In this document: positions 37,280-48,351 of the stretch, one piece after another
Layout: each line of letters opens with the position of its first letter
Numbering within the stretch: the first letter of the stretch is position 1
Source of the DNA: Squalus acanthias
Lineage: Eukaryota
Direction of reading: 5' to 3'
Assembly (NCBI GenBank): GCA_030390025.1
Contig: CM059426.1
Coordinates: 27,094,001 to 27,158,000, forward strand
Length of the DNA stretch: 64,000 bases
Notes under the pieces: model-generated
What the model was told of the DNA's origin: nothing
Databases searched by the model: none
The model's input: the letters and a program-made list of their open reading frames with translations, nothing else
Position numbers and translations under genes: made by a program

Positions 37280-40200
37280 CGCAAAAGTAAAATCAATGTT
37301 ATCAAAGAAGAAATGAAAGTCTATTCATTTCTGGGAGCTGGGATAAAACAGGTGCAATGACATTCTGTGCAGTGTTCAGGCAAGGGATTCAGTGCTCTTG
37401 CTCCAGTTATCATTCAATTAAAGCTCACAGCATAATACACCCCCACACTCAACGCAAGAAAAAACATCAAGAACATCAGAATTAAAACTTTATTAGTGTA
37501 TTCACTTAGTCTGCATATGCAACAAGCCTGAAGCTTTTTTCCTCTCAAATTCACAAGTTCTACCAATACAGAATTCTACTGGTAAAACAAGCTCACAAAT
37601 AGAACAGTAAATGCTCTGCGAGTTTTTCTTTAAAAAGTCTGGCCTATTTTCTATTATTTGGTGCTGCTTCCTTTCATTCCCAAGTCTCTATGGCAAACAG
37701 AATCTTCCCCTATGGCCTACAAGCAGCCACAGCCTCCACTATTTTGAAGCATTAACACCAGCCATCTTCGTTCTCAAAAAAATAAGCTATCACTAGCTGC
37801 ACTTACAAAGTACAGCACTAGTGTAATGTAGAGGAATTAACAATGTAAAAGAAATTTAAAAAGCAATCCCGCTACTGCCACAAAAAAGGGGAAATATGAC
37901 AGAGAGCTAGGTCACAGAATCATTAGTAAGTTGTACATTTTTGTGTTCTATTTTACAAGTTACACAGCCCCTCAAAAAAACCCACCTGCAGCCACCTTCC
38001 CAAACAATCAGAACACATTAAAATATGTATTCTCTAAGCTTTTTGGGGTGCCTAAGTTTGTAGTGTTTGAGGAACATGAACAACATGTACAGCTATTATC
38101 CTGACATTGTACTGAACTTGCAAGGCTAATTTTGTAGCAGCAAATGCAGAGAACTGCCTTTTTGCAGGTATATCTCCAATGCAATTCAAAATTGAAGTCA
38201 AAACACTGCTTCAGAGAAGCAGACTTTAAATATAAGTTGCAATTTTAAAATGATTAAGACACTTGATTCATATGTAAAATTATATTAAATTCAGAATATT
38301 TAACCACTATGGGGAGGAAGGAGAAGAAATTAAAAGCAGTATAATGCTTATTTGGTCAATTTTTAGCTTTCGTTAGACCAAACACACAGGAATATTTTGC
38401 CTAATCAGATGTTCTGCAAGTACTAGAAGACCAACCTAATATTTAAGACGCAATTTAGCTCAGAGTGCAGTATGCAGCCAACATTCATTACCTTTAACAT
38501 GATACTGCATTGGCATAAGGATTAAATATAATGACTAAAAACATTGAAGCTGCAATTCCCTCAATTTTACCCTTCAAGCTCACAACTCACCTAAAAAGGG
38601 TTTTAAAATATGATGCATACAAGTTTGTTCCCCCTTTACTGTAATGATCCTAAAATTAGACTTCAACTAAAATGGCACAACCCTCCTGGTTTGTACTGAT
38701 GAATCTGAACTAGAGGTAGCAACTAGTAGTGAAGAGCAGTGATTGGCATCATCTGTAAATAAATAACCAAGGTTTCCAACGCCATTTTGTGAGTAATATA
38801 CTTCACTGATAAAGTTTAAAAAGTATACACAACACATGGGGCACTGCAACTTTCAGACATAAAGCCCCAGTCACCAATACTGTTAACTCCAGAAACAAAT
38901 TGCTCAACAACTTGCTGAAATAATCCTTTTGCTGGATCTGTTATTATCCAGTTTCACAAATTTTCAGTGCTGGGAAAAGAACACACCTTCAGAGCAACAT
39001 CAAAATTCACAATTAGCAGCCACAGGCTAGCATAGTACAGTAATGGAAAGTGTCTCAGTTACATGCAAGGGGTTTACTAATTTATTAAAACATTACAACT
39101 GTCAATTTAAAGATTCTTGGAAACCTTGCCAAATGTGACCCTCCCTTTGTCCCAAGAATTTTAATTGCCCCAAATAGTGACACTGCCACATATAAAAATC
39201 ACAAGCAGTAGTTCAGTGAGAGTTTCTCTGACAATTACAGTAAAAGGTGTCAAATTACCGTAACAGACAGCATGCACAAGAACAGCTACAGCCTCTGCTC
39301 AATGTTGGGAATAGTGTGAACAGCACTCATCAGTACCATAACAGTTATATATGTATTCTAAGACAAATTAAATGAAATAGTAACTCAAGAAGCTAAAATA
39401 GCTCATGAGATTCTCATTTATACACCACTTTGAAATTTAAGATTAGGTTGAACAGGTAACAAAAGTTAAATAAAACTGCACTATGCTGTTTAATCCAATG
39501 TCCAGCTTTTCAACAGTTTGATAATATACTGCAGGAGTCCCAAATTTTCAATCCACCAAAGTTCACTTTGTTTTCCAGTTTCAGATGAGCTACATTGAGG
39601 AGAAACTTACACTAACTCTGCACTTCACCAAAACTAATGACCACCATCATGCCAGATCTGACCAGATTCCTGCTCATTTCCCTTTGTAGATCCATCCCTG
39701 GAAATGCCAGTTTCAGTACAATGCTGCACTAGTCCATCTTTCAGTGGTGAGTCTAAATTAGTCCAATCTTGCACTGCCAGAAGCCAGCATTTCTCCAGCA
39801 GCAACATCACTGCGTAGTAATCTTTCTAAAACAAAAAACTCCTTTACCTAACTGCCAGTGATATTCTGCTGCCAAAGGTGAATTTGTGCTAATTATGATA
39901 AAATGTCTTGAGGAAAATTAAATTCGTGCTATGTTTCCCACTTCCAACTACTTTTCGGTTTCTCATTTTAAATTCATCATTAAACAGAAGATTCTATCTG
40001 CTTTTTATCTGCAATGTGTCAATTAAATTATCAGTCAGATTTTATTCCTGCTATATATGTTGAGGGGGGGGAGGGGGCAAGAGGCAAGGATAGAAGTTTC
40101 ATTTAACAATGAAGAATGCCATTCTAAAACATATAGCAAATGTGTGTAGATCAACATTGCTGAATTACTGTACATGTTATTGATGGACCTCAGGCACTCT

Positions 40201-40520
40201 TGATACATGATGTGCATTAACACATAATACAATGTCTTTTTACACAGCTTTCCCTTCACCCTCAGTCATAAGCTATATTCATGTGTTTAATACACTAATA
40301 CTAATACATTTATGTCATAATCTGGGTGTGGGATAATAAAACTCAACAAGGTGCTTAAGTTGATGAGATCAAGTGCCATTCTTTTTGATTTTGTTTTGTA
40401 TTAGCAAACAGTCTCTGGGATAACACACAAGTACTACAACAGAAAAGCTGTTCAAGTCTGTTGATAGGACTCCATCTTATGTTTAGTCCAGTCTTGATAC
40501 TGAAATAAGTGTGTGGATAT

Positions 40521-40748
<228 letters not shown>

Positions 40749-40864
40749 TCACTGTGTGAAGAGTGGTGTAGGCTTTGCATAGGAGGGAAAGAGACAATGT
40801 CAAAAAGAAACATTTTTTTCCCAGAATACAAATTGTAACTTTTACCTCAAACAGAAAGTGCAAT

Positions 40865-41290
40865 ACTTGGCTCAATTGGTAGTATTATCATCCGAGTCAG
40901 AAGCTTGTGGGTGCAAGCCCTATGAACTTTATCTAGGCTTACACTTCAGGGATTTCAATATTGAGGGAGTGCTGCATTGTCAGAGGTGTCAGCTTTTGGA
41001 TTAGATATTAAATCCAGGACACCTCTACTTGCTCAGATAGGCATAAAAGATACCCAAGCACTATTCAAGGAAGAGCAGGGGGTTTTCCTGTGCACTGGCC
41101 AACATTCCTCCCTTGACCATCACCACCAAAACAGATTATCTGGTCATTTTTTCATTTGATTTTCCTGGAACCTTGCTGCTTACAAATTGGTTGCTACATT
41201 TACTTATGTAATACAGTGACTGCACTTCAAAAGTAATCCAATGGCTGTAAAGTGCTCTCGGATATACAGTGGATAAATGCATGTTCTTCC
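40865..41290 (+). mobile_element. DeuSINE, diverged
   Basis: tggctcaattggtag head and Deu core. Confidence 0.75.
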
Positions 41291-41769
41291 TCGCTTTAAT
41301 ACTGCCTCAACTGTAAAGCTACTGGCTTGTGGCACCCGACTTTCAGTTTACTTTTAAGACTCATTGCAAGTATGTCTTAAAGGTTAAGAACTGGTGTTCA
41401 TCCCACTTGAGAAACAATGTGTTAATGGCACTCAACTATCCCAAGTCAGCTCATTTGCATGACTAGTCACAGATTGAGGTATAGACCAGGTCAAGTGAAA
41501 TGAGCACATTTGCAGTGGAAACAGAAAATTGTGTGCAAGTGAATTATAAAGAGGTGGGGTCAATTAAAGCAGAGTGTCACAATGGTGGGGGTGGGGGGGC
41601 TTACTGAAAGTTTTTAAGACAAGCCCAAAAGGCATCTCAGCCCATTAGCAGCCTTTGCCAATGCTGAAAGTGCAGTGGCTAAAGAAATGACCGGTAAGAA
41701 AGGGAAACTTGAGGTCACAGCTGACAGGGTCTTTCACTAGCTGTGTCAGCTCTATGGTGCACGTTGACA

Positions 41770-42055
41770 CAGAATTAACAGCACAGAAATAGACCATTCA
41801 GTACAACTGGTGTTTATGCTCCACTCGAGCCTTCTCCCATCCTACTGCATATCCTTCTATCCCTTTCTCCCTTACGTACTTCGATAGCTTTCCCTTAAAG
41901 GTTATCCGCCTCATGCAGTAGTAAGTTCCACATTCTAACCACTCCCTAGGTAAAGAAGTTTCTCCTGAATTCTTTATTTGATTTATTAGTGACTATCTTA
42001 TTAGTGACTATGACCCCTAGTTTTGGACTCCCCCACAAGTGAAAACATCTTCATC
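41770..42055 (-). mobile_element. CR1 3' end fragment
   Basis: cagcacagaaatagaccattcag...aagaagtttctcctgaattc...tgacccctagttttggac. Confidence 0.7.
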
Positions 42056-42207
42056 AAATCCAGGTGGTGTCCTCAAAGCAGATGCACAGTTCTGCATTGG
42101 TCTATTGACCCAGACCTTGTGGAGACACTTTTACAAAGCTGTTGTCAGGTAGGTGCAACAATGCTTTGGCATCTCTGAGGGTGTGGCCAATCAGGCTTTG
42201 CTGGAAC

Positions 42208-42363
42208 CAATGTTCTCTAATTTTTTTTGGTTTGTGATTCCTTTAAGGTGCTGTCCGGTCTAAAATATCGCGCTTGCGCGGTTTTTCCCATTTAAAAGCC
42301 GGTGAGCCGGCTGCACGGGAGCTCCAGAGCGCTGCACGACCGCGCAACTTAAAGGGAACACTG
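42208..42363. mobile_element. hAT-like MITE
   Basis: Imperfect TIRs caatgttctctaa / ttaaagggaacactg; CpG-rich; no clear 8-bp TSD. Confidence 0.5.
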
Positions 42364-42767
42364 GTGAATACCACCCTGGCATGCCGTCTTTCAAGCAGTA
42401 CCACGTAAAACATGACATGCTGTGACTAAAGTGAGTCGAAAGAACGATCCAGCATAACCACTTCATAATCATCTGCGCATCATACCTGCTGCCACAACCT
42501 ACCTTTGAATTGGATTCGCCCCTACTCCATGCAACAATCTTACAAAACAATGACTGGTCACCTCGGTCTTTAGAAGCAAGAATGTAGGTAGCAGCAGGTG
42601 GGTACAAAGCATCTCATGCATCCCATCCTGCCTGCCACCCCTTCTTCCTAGAACCTTATTATAATTCCCCATGGTGGTTGAGAACACAATTTGCTACAAC
42701 GACTCATGAAAAAGTGCCAGGAGTGGGGTGGGGTGGGGATGTGACAGAAATTGCCTCAGAACAGCTG

Positions 42768-42791
42768 CAGTGGCTTGACAAAGTTTTGACC
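42768..42791. repeat. 24-bp perfect inverted copy of SMAD2 last-exon sequence 40563-40586
   Basis: Plus strand cagtggcttgacaaagttttgacc is the exact reverse complement of ggtcaaaactttgtcaagccactg at 40563-40586. Confidence 0.95.
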
Positions 42792-42819
42792 ATTGTTTTG
42801 GTTTTTTAAATTTACTTAC

Positions 42820-43292
42820 CTGCACTGCTTAGTGCCTTGCCACCCTGAACCCCTAATTACAAAGGGTGTTACCTTCATCTATCCAGCATTGAAGAGACTG
42901 GATGGAGGTGGGAGGGGGAAAGGAGGGAATGGGGTGGCCAGCAGAGGTTTTTTCCAATCTGTGGGAGGGTTGGTAAGGAATCTGGTGAGTGATTTAGCCT
43001 CAACTCGGGGGGGAGTAATTATTGCATCAGTGCTGGTACTGTTCCATTGGCGGCGGGGAAAGAGAGGGTTTGTCTCAGTTGAGAGTCGGCACTGGGTGCT
43101 AATGTTGCCTCCATTGGGGGGAGATGCACAGACACCAGAGCGTGAATTTGGGCTCAGCAGGGTGTTGAATGGGAATCGGCCAATTTTCACAGTTTCGCGA
43201 AGGGGTTGCTGGGCGGTATGGGGTAGTTCCCGTATGCTATTTTTGCCTCTTCTGGGGAGGGAAGGAGTAATGGTATGTGATTTTTGCTGCAG
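42820..43292 (-). other. Candidate unannotated cassette (poison) exon in the last SMAD2 intron, 473 nt
   Basis: Branch-like acttaat + tcccttcctatgcctcag| acceptor (second CAG 6 nt downstream) and full-consensus CAG|GTAAGT donor. In the SMAD2 frame it reaches TGA at 43187-43189. Confidence 0.4.
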
Positions 43293-43439
43293 CTGAGGCA
43301 TAGGAAGGGAATTATTAAGTGATTGTTCAGTCCATGTAGCCAGACAGTTTTTGCTGTTTCACGAGTGGCTTGCTGAGTAATAGGATCAAGATTGGGCAGG
43401 TCACTGCTTTGTTTCCTCTACTATGCACGCAAGATTATC

Positions 43440-44110
43440 ATAAGAACAGGAGTAGGGCATTCAACCCATTTTGCCATTCAATTAGATCATGGCTGATTTG
43501 TACCTCAACTCCATTTACCCACTTTTGATCCATATCCCTCGATACCCTTACCTAATATAACCTGTCGCTTTCAGTCTTGAAAATTTCAACTGACCCAGCA
43601 TCCACAGCCTTTTGGGGAAGAGAATTGAAATTTCTACTACCTCATGTGTGGAAAAAGTGCTTCCTGATTTCCCTCCTGAATCGCCTACCTCTCATTTTAA
43701 GATTGTGCCCCTTTGTTCTGGATTCCCCCACCAGAGGAAACATTTTGTATGCATCTACTCTATCAAATCCTTTTATCATTTCAATTAGATCACCCCTTAA
43801 CCTTCTAAACTAAAGGGTAGGCAAACCAAGTTTATGCAACCTGTCCTCATAAATCCCGGTATCATTTTGGTAAGTCTGCGCTGCACCCGCTCCAAGGCCA
43901 ATATATCCTTCCAGAGGAGCAGTGCTCAGAACTGAACGCAGTACTCCAGATGAGGTCTAAACAAGGCTCTGTACAACTGAAGCATAACTTCCTCCACTTT
44001 GAATTCCAAGCCTTTTGAGATAAAGGCCAACATTTCGATTAGTTTTTGTAACTGTGCACTAGCTATTAGTGATTTATGTACCTGAACACCTCTACAGTTT
44101 CTAGTCTCTC
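43440..44110 (-). mobile_element. CR1 3' fragment
   Basis: taagaacaggagtagg tail; ctccaaggccaatatatccttcc; cagtactccagatgaggtct (reverse of RPHLEYC). Confidence 0.8.
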
Positions 44111-44789
44111 GCTCATCAATCCAGTGCTACAGATTTCTCCAGTCTCTGAATTATTTGGAGAGTGCGAATTTGCTTACTTTGTGGAGTCCAATTTCTAGTT
44201 TGATTGCTGGATGAGGAGCACAGAACACCATTTTCTTACAGGCCGCATTCTGCTAGTTCAAATAACATTTACATTAATTTCCTAACAGTTCCAGGTCCAG
44301 AACCATGGCAGTTTTTTTTTAAACTTTCTTGTGTGGTTCCAAAGGTGGGTTCCTTATTTTTGCTTTGGGTGGCCCTGTCACATAACATTGACACATAACA
44401 TTATGTTTACAATGTCATTTACCTGTGCAATAACTTCAGAATGTTGTGACCTCAAACTGTTTTTAACTTTGATAATTTATACTCCTGAGCTCCTTGTTCT
44501 GTATTTTCTACATTGAGCACATCATACTACTGCTCGGAGCTTTACTTTTACTTTGACTAACTTTTAACGCTACAGTACTTTAATTTTACAGCAATACAAA
44601 ACAAAGCATCAAGGACAATTTGATATATAATCAGCATAAAGGCCACTGCAATTCCAAATCCATTCAGTTTAAAACCTCTCTGCTTCTCGCTAGGCTCAAA
44701 GTCAATTTCATACCACCAGACCAGTGTGAACAAACAGCTGATTCAGTTTTTTCTTCAAAGGTTTTCATGATTAGGCAAATTTGGGCAGT

Positions 44790-45231
44790 GTCAGCTGTGG
44801 CTCAGTGGGTAGCACTCTCGCCTCTGAGTCAGAAGGTTTTGGGTTCAAGTCCCACTACTTGAGCACATAAAGCTAGGCTGACACTCCAGTGCAGTACTGA
44901 GGGAGTGCTGCACTGTCGGAGGTGCCGTCTTTCAGATGAGACGTTAAACCGAGGCCCCGTCTGCTCTCTCAGGTCCCATGGCACTATTTCGAAGAGGAGC
45001 AGGGGAGTTATCCCCTGTGTCCTGGCCAATATTTATCCCTCAATCAACATACCAAAAACAGATTATCTGGTCATCACATTGCTGTTTGTGGGAGCTTGCT
45101 GTGCGCAAATTGGCTGCCGCGTTTCCCACATTACAACAGTGACTACACTCCAAAAGTACTTAATTGGCTCTAAAGCGATTTGAGACGTCCGGTGGTCATG
45201 AAAGGTGCTATATATATGCAAGTCTTTCTTT
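44790..45231 (+). mobile_element. Near full-length DeuSINE (SacSINE1-like) with tRNA-derived head
   Basis: A box TGGCTCAGTGG, B box GGTTCAAGTCC, Deu core and L2-like tail. Confidence 0.9.
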
Positions 45232-45239
45232 GAAAGTTA

Positions 45240-46487
45240 ACACATTTTATGAAAGAGAAATCGTGTTTTAACAAATTTATTTGTTTTTTTGAGGATGTAA
45301 CTAACAGGGTGGATAAAGGAATGTAGTATATTTGGATTTTCAGAAGGAATTCGCTAAGGTGCCACACAAGAGGCTTTTACACAAGATTAGGGCTCAGGAT
45401 TTGGGGTAATATATTAGCATGGATTGAGGCTTGGTTAACTGACAGAAAACAAAGAGTAGGAATAAGTGGGTCATTTTCAGGATGGCAGGGTATAACTAGT
45501 GGAATGCTGCAAGGATCAGTGCTTGGCCCTTAACTATTTACAATCTATATCAATGACTTTGATGAGGAAACCAAGTGTAATGTATCTAAGTTTGCTGACA
45601 ATGCAAAGCTAGGAGGGAAAGTAAGCTGTGAGGAGGACGCAAAGTGACTGCAAAGGGATTGGGCAAGATGGCAGATGGAGTATAATGTGGGGAAGTGTGA
45701 AATTATCCACTTTGGTAGGAACAATGGAAAAGCAGAATATTTTTTAAAAAGGTGAGACACTAGTAAATGTTGGTATGCAGAGGGATTTGGGGGTCCTTGT
45801 ACACAAATCACAGAAAGTTAACATGCAGGTAAAACAAGCAATTAGGAAGACAAATGGTATGTTAGCCTTTATTGCAAGGGAGTTGGAGTATAAGAGTAAG
45901 TAAGTCATGCTGCAATTATATAAGACTTTGGTGGGAGACCACACCTGGAGTAGTGTACAGTTATGCTCTCCTTACCCAAGGAAGGATATACTTGCCTTGG
46001 AAGGAGTGCAACGAAGGTTCACTAGATTGATTCCGGCAATGAGAAGGCTGTCCTATTAGGATAGATTGAGTAGAATGGACCTATGTTCTCTTGAGTTTAG
46101 ATGAGAGGCGATCCCATTAAAACGTATAAAATTCTTAGAGGGCTTGACAGGGTAGATGCTGTTTCCCCTAGCTGGAGAGTCTAGAACTAGGGGTCATAGT
46201 CTCAGAATAAGTGATCGACCATTTGGGACTGAGATGAGGAGAAATTTCTTCACTCAGAGGGTTGTGAATCTTTGAAATTTTCTACCCCAGGGGGCTGTGG
46301 ATGCTCAGTCGTTGAGTATATTTAAGACTGAGATCGATAGATTTTTGGGCACTAAGGGAATCAAGGGATCTGGGGATAGGGTGGGAAAGTAGAGTTGAGG
46401 TAGAAGTTCAGCCATGATCTTACTGAATGGCAGAGCAGGCTCGAGGGGCCGTATGGCCTACTCCTGCTCCTATTTCTTATGTTCTTA
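45240..46487 (+). mobile_element. CR1 LINE RT and 3' end (antisense to SMAD2)
   Basis: Degenerate FFEDVT, DFQK, FADN and RPHLE remnants; tail tatttcttatgttctta. Confidence 0.88.
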
Positions 46488-46871
46488 GGTCAACAGTAAC
46501 AGTTCCTCTTTTCACAACATAAACAATCATGTGTTCAGGACTCTACACTGCACTGTGGAAATAGGAATACCAATGAATGCAGTCCAAAGTTAAAATAAAC
46601 ATGGTTCGACAGCACCGAGGTAACCGTAAATGAAGTACATAACTTGTGCTGGTCAAGGGTTATGAAGTCACATTTGTGAAAAATCACCACTTGTACAATA
46701 GGTATCTTTAAGACTCCTTGTCAATTTTACCACAATGAGTAGAACTTAGCTACTTATTCTGATCGTCAGGTTAGATGCAACACTTGAGAATTACTGTTCA
46801 GCAACAGTGCAGATCCTCTATCACACTGGGAAGGCAAAAACAAAAATTACAGAATTACCACCAATTCCTCA

Positions 46872-47030
<159 letters not shown>

Positions 47031-47935
47031 TTAGAAAATAGCAAATTACATCTTACAGAGCAAGTACATTTTGCAAAATATCTCTTAGTATTGCTCATTA
47101 TTGATCTACTTTTCTATCGGATATAAAATAGCACATATATTACGGAGCATCATATTGCCAGATATCAAAAATACTTGAGGCTATTCAGTGCAGTTCCCCA
47201 TTCTCTATTATTCACCTGCAAGCAGCATGAAAACTAGTTATAAACAAGCTACAGAACACTCAAAATTATGCAGATAAAAGGCAGGCAATTTATAATCAAC
47301 ATAGCCTGCTTCAATTCAGCTGGTCTTTAGACTTCCAGAGTATTAAAATTTTACGGCCACAAATTTCCAACAATGGAACTCCACGATTCTGTAGTGAAAT
47401 TCTCCCGACAATGTGGTATAAATGATATTTCTCAACTATGGCAAGAGAACAGCTGCTTATGAGTGAGACACCCTCTAGTAACATTGTTATAGTCTACAAT
47501 TTCACCCAAGTTGCTTAATTTGAATTGAAATTGTGCAAAAATCCCCTGTGCTTTTTTAAATTGCTTGATTCAAATGACTGAATAATTCCATTTTTTTTTT
47601 AAGCAAAAAAGTACTTTGAATTAACAGGAGTAGAGGCTGTCGTGACTTACGCAATACCTCCTCGTAAAAAAAAGCTGCATTTCTACATTAGTGGCCAAGG
47701 CGATAAAGATTAACCAGACTGATATTCAATCTTTTAACTACAGGTTTAGACCTTCCAATATATTGCCCTTGGATAGAAATAGCACCAGGTTGCTAAAGGG
47801 ATATGGAGATAGGGTGGGAAAGTGGAGTTGAGGAGCAGGCTCGAAGGGCCGTATGACCTACTCCTGCTCCTATTATGTTACGTTCTAAAATATACATTTT
47901 GGATCAGTGAAAATATGTTGCTCTCATTTATTAAG

Positions 47936-48144
47936 TGAGAAGTCGCACAACACCAGGTTATAGTCCAACAGTTTTATATGAAATCACAAGCTTTCGGAGC
48001 GCTGCTCCTTCGTCAGGTGAAGTCACCTGACGAAGGAGCAGCGCTCCGAAAGCTTGTGATTTCAAATAAAACTGTTGGACTATAACCTGGTGATGTGCGA
48101 CTGCTCACATTTGTCCACCCCAGTCCAACACCGGCATCTCCACA
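47936..48144. mobile_element. Penelope-derived palindromic insertion with 12-bp TSD and a hammerhead core on each strand
   Basis: 86-bp arms 47935-48020 / 48023-48108 with 3 mismatches; TSD tcatttattaag at 47924-47935 and 48145-48156. Confidence 0.9.
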
Positions 48145-48351
48145 TCATTTATTAAGGGCTAAATAGCTCTATCAATGGATTCAGCCGTTGATTTAATGGC
48201 ATTATACTACAATTTGCATACCAAGTTTATACCCATAATGAAGTAAATTTTGTATAAACCAGCATATAAAACAGCAAAATCTTGCCCCCCTCTCCCTACA
48301 GTTCTAAGTAATGAAAGTCTCAGGTCTGATTCCTGACACTGCACAATTAAA

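Larger units (their letters stand above)
35670..40520 (-). other. SMAD2: Putative long SMAD2 3'UTR with alternative poly(A) signals
   Basis: AT-rich, almost repeat-free stretch directly after the stop codon. Minus-strand AATAAA at 40041-40046, 39081-39086, 37489-37494 (followed by a GU/U-rich tract) and 35688-35693. The true end cannot be fixed without RNA data. Confidence 0.6.

Noticed and set aside
42740-42810. Processed SMAD pseudogene or duplicated exon on the plus strand ([11 protein letters not shown])
   Set aside because: Similarity stops abruptly outside 24 nt and no other SMAD sequence lies nearby on that strand.
44790-44860. tRNA gene
   Set aside because: The A and B boxes run straight into the Deu core, so this is a SINE head (same for 55020, 52490 and 40865).
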